Source of the DNA: an uncultured Solirubrobacteraceae bacterium
GTDB lineage: Bacteria; Actinomycetota; Thermoleophilia; Solirubrobacterales; Solirubrobacteraceae
Direction: 5' to 3'
Assembly (NCBI GenBank): GCA_963703205.1
Contig: OY969799.1
Coordinates: forward strand, 2,228,032 to 2,292,031
DNA length: 64,000 bases
The notes under the pieces are model-generated. The model was given only the letters and a program-made list of their open reading frames with translations. It ran no database searches and was not told where the DNA came from. Made by a program: the position numbers and the translations under genes. Numbering within the stretch: position 1 is the first letter of the stretch; every line of letters begins with the position of its first letter. Below are positions 42,801 through 51,563 of the stretch, one piece after another.

Positions 42801-43660
42801 CGCCTCGCCTCGATCGAGGCCTGCGCCGCGAGATCCGCGCGCCACTCCCGCGCGGACATGCGGCGCTCCTCGGCGATCATCGTCGCGAGCGCGCTCGTCA
42901 GCCCGACGACCGTCAGCAGCACGCCGCCGCCGACCCACATGATCGCCCCCGCGCGGCGCTGGTCGAGGACCGCCGAGATCCCGAGCGCGCGGGCGGCCGA
43001 TGCGTACGGCGCGTAGACGACGCTCGTCGAGTCGTTCAGGTACGCGCCGACGAGCGCCATCGCCGGCGAGGCCGCGATCAGGTAGGCGAGCCGCCCCACG
43101 CCGCCGAGCCGCCGGCGCGCGCCGGGGTCGGCGTCGAGCAGCGGCGTGAACAGCAGCAGCCCCGCGAGCAGATAGGCGGCGTGCTCGGTGTCGTGGAGCA
43201 GCGGGTGGCGCAGCGTCGCGTCATAGAAGCCCGGAAGATGCGTGCCGAGCACGACGGCGGCGAAGATCGCCAGCGCCGGCAGCGGCGCGGCGAGCGGTCG
43301 CATCAGCGCGACGGCGCGCGCCGCGCCGGGCCGCTGCGCCGGCCGCAGCGCCCGCAGCGCGAGCGTCACGGGCCGGCCGAGCAGCAGCAGCACCGGCGCC
43401 ACCATCAGCAGCAGCATGTGCTGGACCATGTGGTCGGAGAGCAGGCGGTCGTCGTAGCCGTCGACGCCCGACTGCAGCGCCACGAGCACGACACCCACGC
43501 CCGCCGCGAAGCAGGCGGCGCGCCACGCCGGCCACGTGCGCACACGCAGCGTCGCCCACGCGTAGAGGAGCAGGTAGAGCGCGGCGACCGCCTCCAGCCC
43601 GGCGTCGAAGTGCCAGCCGCGCAGCGGCATCGACAGCAGCGAGGGCGCCGCGGCGATCAT
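42797..43660 (-). CDS. ctaG: caa3-type oxidase assembly factor CtaG
   Basis: HMVQHMLLLMVAP.LL.LGRP, HDTEH, DQRRAGAIMW. Confidence 0.85.
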   Translation of the reverse strand: MIAAAPSLLSMPLRGWHFDAGLEAVAALYLLLYAWATLRVRTWPAWRAACFAAGVGVVLVALQSGVDGYDDRLLSDHMVQHMLLLMVAPVLLLLGRPVTLALRALRPAQRPGAARAVALMRPLAAPLPALAIFAAVVLGTHLPGFYDATLRHPLLHDTEHAAYLLAGLLLFTPLLDADPGARRRLGGVGRLAYLIAASPAMALVGAYLNDSTSVVYAPYASAARALGISAVLDQRRAGAIMWVGGGVLLTVVGLTSALATMIAEERRMSAREWRADLAAQASIEARR

Positions 43661-44139
43661 GCGCCCGGCCGCTCCCGTTCGACCTTCGGATCGGCCGCCG
43701 GTTCGGGCTCCGCCGGGCGGCTGCCGCGGAGGCCGGCCTCGCCGGGCCGCGGCGGCCGGTGCGCGCGCAGCGTCGCCCGCTCGGCGCGCAGCTCGAGCGC
43801 GAGGCGGCCGATCGACAGCAGCAGCAGGCCGGCCCCGAAGTAGGTCAGGAAGTGACCCCAGACGAACCCGAAGCCGATCGTCGCGATCGAGAAGCCGATC
43901 AGGCCTGCGGCGAAGCTGATGTCGGGAACGGCCTCGACTTTCGCCCGTGCGGGCGGCGGACCCCTGCGCAGGGCTTCGCGCCCCGACAGCGCGATCGCCA
44001 CGGCCGACAGCACCATGATCGCGAGCGAGCCGCCGCTGATCGCGACCTGCGTAGGTTCGCCCGCGTAGATCCAGTGCCCCAGGAACAGCACCAGCAGCAG
44101 CGCCGACCAAGCCAGCACGACCAGCGCTCCGCCCCTCAT
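43657..44139 (-). CDS. 4-TM membrane protein in oxidase operon (possible small accessory subunit)
   Basis: Hydrophobic helices; ATGA-coupled to ctaG. Confidence 0.65.
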   Translation of the reverse strand: MRGGALVVLAWSALLLVLFLGHWIYAGEPTQVAISGGSLAIMVLSAVAIALSGREALRRGPPPARAKVEAVPDISFAAGLIGFSIATIGFGFVWGHFLTYFGAGLLLLSIGRLALELRAERATLRAHRPPRPGEAGLRGSRPAEPEPAADPKVERERPGA

Positions 44140-44155
44140 CGTGCGCTCCCGCCGA

Positions 44156-45841
44156 TCACAGCCGGTCCTCCGGCGCCGGTCCGAGCCCGCCGCTGCCCGA
44201 GGGGACGCGCTCCATCAGCCCGCCGTGCCGCTCGACGGCCTGTTCGCGCCAGTCCATCAGCGGCGCGTAGGAGCGAACCGGCGGCAGCGGGCGGTCGAAG
44301 TTGTGCGCCGGCGGCGGCGAGGAGGTCGCCCACTCGAGCGTGTGCCCGAGCCATGGGTCGTCCCCCGCCTCCTCGCGACGGCGCAGCGAGACCCACACGT
44401 TGACGATGAAGATCAGGATCGCGAGCGCGATGATCCCGGCGCCGATCGACTCCACCAGGTTCAGCGTGCCCCATTGCGGGTCTTCCGGATATTCGGCGAT
44501 CCTCCTCGTCATGCCTTTTTCGCCGAGGAAGAACATCGGGCCGAAGGTCATGTTGGTGCCGATCGTGAGCACCGCCCAGTGCAGCTTCCCGAGCCCCTCC
44601 CGCAGCCTCGCGCCGGTGAGCTTCGGGAACCAGTGGTAGACGCCCGCGAAGAAGCCGAAGACGCTGCCCGCGAACAGCGTGTAGTGGAAGTGCGCGATCA
44701 GGAAGTAGCTCTGGTGCACCTGGTAGTCGAGCACCGGCGAGGCGACGAAGATCCCGCTCAGGCCGCCGATCAGGAACTGCAGGAAGAAGCCCAGCGCGAA
44801 CAGCATCGAGGTGCGCAGCACGATCGAGCCGCCGATCAGCGTCGCGATCATGTCGAAGTACTCGATTCCCGCCGGCACCACCAGCAACGTCGAGGTGAAC
44901 GCGAAGTACTGGTTGGTGACCCCGCCGGTCGTGAACATGTGGTGTGACCACACGGCCATCGAGAGCGCCGAGAAGACCATCATCGAGGCGACGAACGCCT
45001 TGTAGCCGAACCAGCGCTTGCGGGCGTTGACGGCGATCGCCTCGGCAGCCGCCCCGAGGTACGGGAAGAACATCACGTAGACGACGGGATGCCCGAAGAA
45101 CCAGAACATGTCCTGGTAGTCGATCGAGCCCCTGAAGCCGGTGAAGATGTGCGCCCCCCACCGTTCGGCGAAGAGCAGGCACATCACGACCACGAGCACC
45201 GGGAACGCGCCCACCACCATCAGCACGCTGACCAGGCCGGTCCACGTGTACACGGGCATCCGCAGCAGCGCCATGCCGGGCGCGCGCCGGCGCACGACGG
45301 TCGCGAGCACGCACGCCGCGACGAGGATCAGGCCGAGCGCGGCGAGGATCACGCCGAGCGTCCACATGTCCTGTCCCACGCCCGGGGTCCAAGCGGCGTT
45401 CGAGAGCGGCACGTAGGCGAACCAGCCGGCGTGCCCCGGCCCTTCCTGCGTGAGCCAGCCGGACTGCATGATGATCCCGCCCGAGGTCCACATCCAGAAC
45501 CCGGCGAGCGCGACGCGCATCCCGGACAGGTTCGCCGCGCCGATCTGCAGCGGCACGAGGTACACCGACATCGCGATCGCCATCGGCGTGACGAACAGGT
45601 AGATCATGGTCGAGCCGTGCATCGTGAACAGGGCTTCGTAGGCGCTGTAGCTGACGAAGTGCGTCGCCGGCTGGGCCAGCTGCACGCGCATCAGCAGCGC
45701 CATCACGCCGCCGCCGAGGAAGTACAGGAAGGAGGCGGCCATCATGTTCACGCCGAGCCGCTTGTGGTCGGTGCTGGCGAGCGCGCCGATCCAGCCCGGT
45801 GTGCGCGGCAGCGTCGTCAGCCGCGGAGCGGTGACGTTCAC
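44156..45841 (-). CDS. ctaD: heme-copper oxidase subunit I, atypical proton-channel residues
   Basis: STDHK, TMHG, WFFGHPVVY, WSHHMF, AHFHY, GMTRR; GTG start overlaps ctaC stop. Confidence 0.95.
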   Translation of the reverse strand: MNVTAPRLTTLPRTPGWIGALASTDHKRLGVNMMAASFLYFLGGGVMALLMRVQLAQPATHFVSYSAYEALFTMHGSTMIYLFVTPMAIAMSVYLVPLQIGAANLSGMRVALAGFWMWTSGGIIMQSGWLTQEGPGHAGWFAYVPLSNAAWTPGVGQDMWTLGVILAALGLILVAACVLATVVRRRAPGMALLRMPVYTWTGLVSVLMVVGAFPVLVVVMCLLFAERWGAHIFTGFRGSIDYQDMFWFFGHPVVYVMFFPYLGAAAEAIAVNARKRWFGYKAFVASMMVFSALSMAVWSHHMFTTGGVTNQYFAFTSTLLVVPAGIEYFDMIATLIGGSIVLRTSMLFALGFFLQFLIGGLSGIFVASPVLDYQVHQSYFLIAHFHYTLFAGSVFGFFAGVYHWFPKLTGARLREGLGKLHWAVLTIGTNMTFGPMFFLGEKGMTRRIAEYPEDPQWGTLNLVESIGAGIIALAILIFIVNVWVSLRRREEAGDDPWLGHTLEWATSSPPPAHNFDRPLPPVRSYAPLMDWREQAVERHGGLMERVPSGSGGLGPAPEDRL

Positions 45842-46545
45842 GAGGAGGCTCCTTCGTGTCCGGAGCTTCGCGTTTCGCCCGCGCCGCCGGCCGCTCCGGG
45901 GCGGCGGTTCGAGGCGGCCCACACCGCGAACTGCTTCGGCGGCACGGCTCGCACCGAGAACACCATGCGCGTGTGGTACAGGCCACAGAATTCTCCGCAG
46001 TGGCCCTGGAAGGTGCCGGGGCGCGTGAAGGTCAGGATCTCGGTCTGTGCCATCCCCGGGATCAGATCGTGCTTGTACTTGAGCTCGGGAACCCAGAACT
46101 CGTGGATGACGTCGAGCGAGACCAGCCTGAAGGCAATCGCCTCGTTGGTCGGGACCACGAGCTGTTCGTGTCCGACCGTCCCGCTGTAACGGCTGATCCC
46201 GTATTCCGGGTACTGGAAGTGCCACTCCCAGCGCGAGCCGAAGACGGTGACGTGCAGCTGCGGGCGCTCCCTGCGCGCCGAGGCGTCGACCCGGTTCTCA
46301 GCCGAGAACGTGACGTAGAGCAGGAAGCCGACGATCAGCGCGAGGACCACCGCGTAGCCGGCCTCGAGCGGGTTGTTCTCGTGCCAGCGGCTGGCCTGTG
46401 AGGGCTCGCGGCGCCGGAACAGGAGGACCGCGCCGATCGTCAGGACGAGGACGACGCCGAAGACCGCGAGGCCGATCGGGACGTAGATGCTGAAGACGTG
46501 TTCGTATTCGTGCCGCGTCGAGACCAGCGCGAAGGTCTCAGACAT
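45838..46545 (-). CDS. ctaC: cytochrome c oxidase subunit II (CuA)
   Basis: Two TM, RWEWHFQY, DVIHEFW, CGEFCGLYHTRM. Confidence 0.93.
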   Translation of the reverse strand: MSETFALVSTRHEYEHVFSIYVPIGLAVFGVVLVLTIGAVLLFRRREPSQASRWHENNPLEAGYAVVLALIVGFLLYVTFSAENRVDASARRERPQLHVTVFGSRWEWHFQYPEYGISRYSGTVGHEQLVVPTNEAIAFRLVSLDVIHEFWVPELKYKHDLIPGMAQTEILTFTRPGTFQGHCGEFCGLYHTRMVFSVRAVPPKQFAVWAASNRRPGAAGGAGETRSSGHEGASS

Positions 46546-46599
46546 CGCGGACGGGGCAGCAGCGGAGCCGGATCTCCCTCAGCACCATCTTCTTGCCCG

Positions 46600-46624
46600 C
46601 TACCCCAGGCACGGTCCGCGAAAC
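46600..46624 (-). promoter_or_regulatory. SigB/SigF-type promoter motif of the oxidase-bc operon
   Basis: GTTT-N15-GGGTAG, about 55 nt upstream of ctaC ATG. Confidence 0.65.
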
Positions 46625-46688
46625 GACAACCCGGCGCCCGGCGCGCAGGCCCGCACGGGCGCGGGGCGTGCACCGCGCGGGCCCTGCG

Positions 46689-47807
46689 CTAGCCCTTGCA
46701 ATGGCGCTCGGCAGCGTCCTCGATCAGCCTCAGCCCCATGCCCGGCTGCGCCGGATCGGGCCACAGCGACCCATCCCGAGGCCGCGGTGCCCCCTCGAAG
46801 ATCATCTGCTCGATGCGCGCGTGGTCGTGGAAGTACTCGATGTGCACGAGCGGCGCGAGCGCGGCGCCGACATGGGCATGGATCGAAGGGCTGGTGTGGG
46901 CGGAGAGCGCCAGCCCGCGGGCTTCGCACAGCGCGGCCACGTCGAGCATCGCGGTCACCCCTCCGCAGCGCGTTATGTCCGCCTGCAGAACGTCGACCGC
47001 CTGCGCCTCGAGCATCCGCCGGAAGTAGTACGCGTCGTAGCCGTACTCGCCCGCGGCCACCTGCATTCCGGCCGGGACACGGTCGCGGAGCAGACGCAGG
47101 CCCTCGAGGTCGTCGGAGCTGACCGGCTCCTCGAACCAGACGGCCCCCGCCTGCTCGTGGAAGACCTCGGCGAGACGGAGCGCCTGCTTGCGCGAGTAGG
47201 CCCCGTTCGCATCGACGAACAGCTCGACCTCCGGGCCGATCGCGGCGCGCGCCCGGCGCACGCGCTCGGGGTCGCGCTCGGGTTCGGAGCCGACCTTCAT
47301 CTTCACCGCGGTGAGGCCCTCCCGCGCCCAGCCGCCGAGCTGGCGCTCGAGCTGCTCGTCGTCGTAGGAGGTGAAGCCGCCGCTGCCATAGGCGCGCACC
47401 CCCTCGCGCACGCGCCCGAGCAGCGTCGAGAGCGCGACCCCTAGCAGCCGCGCCTTCAGGTCCCACAGCGCGATGTCGACCGCCGACACCGCGGACGAGG
47501 CGATCCCTGCCCAGCCGAGGTTGCGCACGGCGCGGCGCATCTTCTGCCAGGCCGCGCGGGGCGAGAGCGCGTCGGCACCCTGCACCTCCCCCGCGAGCGC
47601 TTCGCTCACGACCGACGCCGCGGCCCCGCTCGCGTAGGAGAAGCCGGTCCCGGTGAGCCCGTCGCATTCGGCTTCGACGACGACGATCGTGGTGGCGGCC
47701 CAGGAGAGCGTGCCGTCGGCCTCGGGCGCGTCGGTCGGGATCTTGTAGGCGCGCGCGCGCAGGCGCTCGACGGCGGCCTGCGTCCTCGTGGCGCCCGCTG
47801 CGCTCAC
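46689..47807 (-). CDS. mandelate racemase/muconate lactonizing (enolase superfamily) protein
   Basis: SAVDIALWDLKA, KMKVG, FVDANG, WFEEP, AGEY. Confidence 0.9.
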   Translation of the reverse strand: MSAAGATRTQAAVERLRARAYKIPTDAPEADGTLSWAATTIVVVEAECDGLTGTGFSYASGAAASVVSEALAGEVQGADALSPRAAWQKMRRAVRNLGWAGIASSAVSAVDIALWDLKARLLGVALSTLLGRVREGVRAYGSGGFTSYDDEQLERQLGGWAREGLTAVKMKVGSEPERDPERVRRARAAIGPEVELFVDANGAYSRKQALRLAEVFHEQAGAVWFEEPVSSDDLEGLRLLRDRVPAGMQVAAGEYGYDAYYFRRMLEAQAVDVLQADITRCGGVTAMLDVAALCEARGLALSAHTSPSIHAHVGAALAPLVHIEYFHDHARIEQMIFEGAPRPRDGSLWPDPAQPGMGLRLIEDAAERHCKG

Positions 47808-49294
47808 CGCGCCGGCGCGACGGCGACTTGCGAAGGACCCTGGGCGTCGGCGGCCGTCAGCGGCTGCGCGATGCTCTCGAGGCTTTCGCGCTCGGCCTTC
47901 ACCCCGAACACCAGCTCCGCCAGACCGCCGAGGATCATCATGATCGCGCCGAGACCGAAGGCGTAGAAGACCTGCACGTAGCTGCCGGTTTCGACCAGGC
48001 GGTTGAAGACCTGCGGGCCGATCACGCCGCCGATGCCGGTGCCGATCGCGTAGAAGACCGCGATGCACAGCGCGCGCGTCTCCATCGGGAAAACCTCCGA
48101 GACGGTCAGGTAGGCCGCGCTGGCACCCGCCGAAGCGAAGAAGAACACGACGCAGATGCAGACCTCGAAGGTGATTTCGTTGAGGTGGTGCCCCTTGAAG
48201 AGCAGGCCCGTGACGATCAGCAGCAGGCCCGAGAGGATGTAGGTCCCGGCGATCATCGGCTTGCGTCCGATCGTGTCGAACAGCGGCCCCAGCAGCAGCG
48301 CGCCCGCGAAGTTGCCGACCGCGAAGACCGCGATGAAGTACGGGATGTCACCCGAGGCGACGCCGAAGTACTTCGTCATCAGCGCGCCGAAGCCGAACAG
48401 CACCGAGTTGTAGATGAAGGCCTGGCCGATGAACAGGGACAGGCCGAGCACTGTCCGCTTGGGGTACAGCGAGACGACCGAGCGGATGATCGTGCTGAGC
48501 GGGATCGCGCGACGCTGGCGCACGGTGAGCTCGTTTCCGGGCGGCTCGGGAAGCTCTTCGCCGCTCGACTCGGCGACTTTCTGCTCGATGTCTGCCACGA
48601 TCTCCTCCGCCTCCTGCTCGCGACCGTGGATGAACAGCCAGCGCGGGCTCTCCGGCACGTTTTTGCGCACCACCAGCACCGCCAGCCCGATCACCGCTCC
48701 GAGCACGAACGACAACCGCCAGCCGAGGTCGGTCGGGAAGATCGAGGTGTTCAGCATCACCACCGCGAGCAGCGCGCCGCCGACCCCGCCGAGCCAGTAG
48801 CTGCCGTTGATACCGATGTCGACGCGGCCACGATGGTGGGCGGGGATCAGCTCGTCGATCGCCGAGTTGATCGCGCTGTACTCGCCGCCGATGCCCATGC
48901 CGGTGATGAAGCGGAACACGAAGAACCAGGCGGGGCTGAAGGTCAGCGCGGTCAGAACCGTGCCGAGCAGGTAGATCGCGAGCGTGATCATGAACAGCCG
49001 CTTGCGCCCGAAGCGGTCGGTCAGCTCGCCGAACACGAGCGCGCCGACGCAGGCTCCCGCGATGTACAGCGACGCCGCCCAGCCGCTCACGTCGCTGGAG
49101 GTCAGGCCCGTGCCGCTGCCGTGTTCGAACAGCCGGCCCGAGATCGAGCCGACGACGTTCACCTCGAGCCCGTCGAGGATCCAGGCGGTGCCCAGGCCGA
49201 GGATGATCATCCAGTGAAACCGCGACCACGGCAGCCGGTCGAGCCGTGCCGGGATCCTCGTCTTGATGGTGCCGGTCTGGACGCCGTCGCTCAT
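47804..49294 (-). CDS. MFS transporter (sugar porter-like)
   Basis: RLDRLPWSRFH, LTDRFGRK, GIGGEY, SEVFPMETRA. Confidence 0.93.
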   Translation of the reverse strand: MSDGVQTGTIKTRIPARLDRLPWSRFHWMIILGLGTAWILDGLEVNVVGSISGRLFEHGSGTGLTSSDVSGWAASLYIAGACVGALVFGELTDRFGRKRLFMITLAIYLLGTVLTALTFSPAWFFVFRFITGMGIGGEYSAINSAIDELIPAHHRGRVDIGINGSYWLGGVGGALLAVVMLNTSIFPTDLGWRLSFVLGAVIGLAVLVVRKNVPESPRWLFIHGREQEAEEIVADIEQKVAESSGEELPEPPGNELTVRQRRAIPLSTIIRSVVSLYPKRTVLGLSLFIGQAFIYNSVLFGFGALMTKYFGVASGDIPYFIAVFAVGNFAGALLLGPLFDTIGRKPMIAGTYILSGLLLIVTGLLFKGHHLNEITFEVCICVVFFFASAGASAAYLTVSEVFPMETRALCIAVFYAIGTGIGGVIGPQVFNRLVETGSYVQVFYAFGLGAIMMILGGLAELVFGVKAERESLESIAQPLTAADAQGPSQVAVAPAR

Positions 49295-49374
49295 CGAAAA
49301 CCTCGCCTCGTGCTTGGGGGGCTTCGTGTCCGAGCGTGTTCTACCCTGCGTCCCCTGCCGTCAAGCGAACCGCT

Positions 49375-49399
49375 GTTTCCGCGAGGCGGCCTCGGGTAC
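49375..49399 (+). promoter_or_regulatory. SigB/SigF-type promoter motif
   Basis: GTTT-N15-GGGTAC upstream of dehydrogenase/topoisomerase IB. Confidence 0.65.
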
Positions 49400-49437
49400 C
49401 CAGCGCGACGTGAGCTGCGTCGCTACGGTGAGCTGAG

Positions 49438-50307
49438 ATGACGGAGACGGTCGCATTCCTGGGAGCGGGCGGCACGATGGGCCGCGGCATGGCCGCGCGC
49501 ATCGCGGACGCGGGGCTGGCGCTGCGCGCCTGGAACCGTTCCCGCGAGAAGGCCGAGCCGCTCGCCGAGCACGGCGCGGAGGTGCTCGACTCCGCCGCGG
49601 AGGCGGTGCGCGGCGCGTCGGTCGTGGTGACGATGCTGCCCGACGCCGACGCCGTGCTCGAGGTCGCGCGCGCTGCGCTCGAGGCGGCGGGCGAGGACAC
49701 CGTGTGGGCGCAGATGAGCACGATCGGCCCGGATGGCACCGATCGCTGCGCGGAGCTCGCGCGGGAGCGCGGCGTGAGCTTCGTGGACGCGCCGGTGCAG
49801 GGCACCAAGCAGCCGGCCGAGGAAGGGAAGCTGGTGGTGATGGCGTCGGGTCCCGATCAGACACGCGAGCGCCTTGCTGCGATCTTCGACGCGGTCGCGC
49901 AGAAGGTCATCTGGGTGGGCGCGGCGGGTGCCGGCACGCGCCTGAAGATGGCCACCAACACGTGGCTCGCCGCGAGCGTCGAGGGCCTCGCCGAGGCGCT
50001 GGCGCTGACCGAGGGAGCGGGGCTCGATCCGCGGCTGTTCCTCGAGGTCATCGGCGGCGGCCCACTCGACATGCCGTACATGGAGATGAAGGCGAAGGCG
50101 ATGCTCGAACGTGACTTCGAGCCCTCCTTCCAGCTCGCGCTCGCGGCCAAGGACGTGGGTCTCGCCTGCGAGCTGGCCGAACGCGACGGGCTCGATCTGC
50201 CGCTGCTGCAGGCGGTGCGCCGACGCTTCGAGCAGGCGGCGGAGGAGCACGGCGAAGAGGACGTCGCCGCTGCCTATCTGGCGAGCGCGCCGAAGGCGGC
50301 CCGCTGA
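49438..50307 (+). CDS. 3-hydroxyisobutyrate dehydrogenase-family oxidoreductase
   Basis: FLGAGGTMG, WNRS, QMSTIG, VDAPVQG, LKMATN, F.L.LAAKD. Confidence 0.9.
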   Translation: MTETVAFLGAGGTMGRGMAARIADAGLALRAWNRSREKAEPLAEHGAEVLDSAAEAVRGASVVVTMLPDADAVLEVARAALEAAGEDTVWAQMSTIGPDGTDRCAELARERGVSFVDAPVQGTKQPAEEGKLVVMASGPDQTRERLAAIFDAVAQKVIWVGAAGAGTRLKMATNTWLAASVEGLAEALALTEGAGLDPRLFLEVIGGGPLDMPYMEMKAKAMLERDFEPSFQLALAAKDVGLACELAERDGLDLPLLQAVRRRFEQAAEEHGEEDVAAAYLASAPKAAR

Positions 50308-50336
50308 GCGCGCAAGCGCCCGCAGGTCCGCCGCGG

Positions 50337-51401
50337 GTGAGCAGGCGACCCGCTGTGCCGAGGCTGAGGCGATCGAGCTGCGCGACCCCGGGCATCGCGC
50401 GGCGGCGCCGGGGCCGCGGCTTCGACTACCGCGACCCCGACGGAGCGAGGGTCGAGGACCCGGAGGTGCTGGCGCGGATCCACGAGCTGGCGATCCCACC
50501 GGCGTGGCGCGACGTCTGGATCTGCCTCGACCCGTCCGGGCACCTGCAGGCGACCGGCGTCGACGCCGCGGGGCGTAAGCAGTACCTCTACCACGAGCGC
50601 TGGCGAGCCCATCGCGACCGCGAGAAGTTCACCTCGATGACGGGCTTCGGCGAGCTGCTCCCGAAGCTGCGGCGGCGCGTCGCACGCGCCCTCGCGCCGG
50701 CCGCCGAGGCCGCGCCCGCACCGCTGCCCCCAGCCGAGCTCGACCGCGAGCTCGTGCTCGCCTGCGCCACGCGCCTGCTCGACCTCGGCTTCTTCCGGAT
50801 CGGCTCCGAGGACTACGCAGAGCGCAACGAGTCCTACGGCCTGACGACGATGCTGCGCCGCCACGTCACGATCGAGCAGGGCGAGCTGGTCTTCGACTTC
50901 CCGGCCAAGTCCGGCCAGCGCCGCGTGCAGGCCGTCGCCGATCCGGAGTCGCTGTCGGTCGTGGCGGCCCTGAAGCGGCGGCGCGGCGGCGGGCAGCTGC
51001 TCGCCTACCGGCTGGGCGCCGTTTGGCACGAGCTGAACGCCGACGAGGTCAACGCCTACATCAAGGAGAGCATCGGCGACGGCTACAGCGCCAAGGACTT
51101 CCGCACGTGGAACGCGACGGTGCTGGCGGCGATCGCGCTCGCCGCGCGCCGGCCGGGGGCGGGCGCGCGTGGCAGCGACCGCGCGATCGCCGCGGCGATC
51201 AAGACCGTCTCCGCGTATCTCGGCAACACGCCCGCCGTCGCGCGGGCGTCCTATGTGGACCCGCGCGTCGTAGACCGCTTCAAGGACGGCGTCACGATCG
51301 CGCCCGCGCTGGGCGCGCTGAACGGCGGCGGCCCCGATCTGGCGCGGCCGAGGGTGCGGCGACGAATCGAGCGCGCCGTGCTCGAGTTGCTCGCCGAGTA
51401 G
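50337..51401 (+). CDS. DNA topoisomerase IB (bacterial, poxvirus-like)
   Basis: LAIPPAW, GRKQYLYH, FFRIGS, FPAKSG, KDFRTW, LGNTPAVARASYVDP. Confidence 0.93.
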   Translation: MSRRPAVPRLRRSSCATPGIARRRRGRGFDYRDPDGARVEDPEVLARIHELAIPPAWRDVWICLDPSGHLQATGVDAAGRKQYLYHERWRAHRDREKFTSMTGFGELLPKLRRRVARALAPAAEAAPAPLPPAELDRELVLACATRLLDLGFFRIGSEDYAERNESYGLTTMLRRHVTIEQGELVFDFPAKSGQRRVQAVADPESLSVVAALKRRRGGGQLLAYRLGAVWHELNADEVNAYIKESIGDGYSAKDFRTWNATVLAAIALAARRPGAGARGSDRAIAAAIKTVSAYLGNTPAVARASYVDPRVVDRFKDGVTIAPALGALNGGGPDLARPRVRRRIERAVLELLAE

Positions 51402-51496
51402 ACAGCCTGTCCCATCCGCCGCGCGCGAGGGCTTCCGAGCAGGCGGTGGTCCTCCCGCCGCGTGCGAGGCGTGCGCCGGGACCGGCCGCGCCCGGC

Positions 51497-51521
51497 GTTT
51501 GCGGGCTTTTCCGTCGGGTAG
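51497..51521 (+). promoter_or_regulatory. SigB/SigF-type promoter motif
   Basis: GTTT-N15-GGGTAG upstream of PfpI gene. Confidence 0.65.
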
Positions 51522-51563
51522 CGCGATCGGTGTGAACGTCCTTCGACGGAGAGGAGAACACCG

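Noticed and set aside
50337-51401. Poxvirus-like topoisomerase IB as a viral acquisition
   Set aside because: Bacterial Topo IB is an established, widespread family; composition matches the host.
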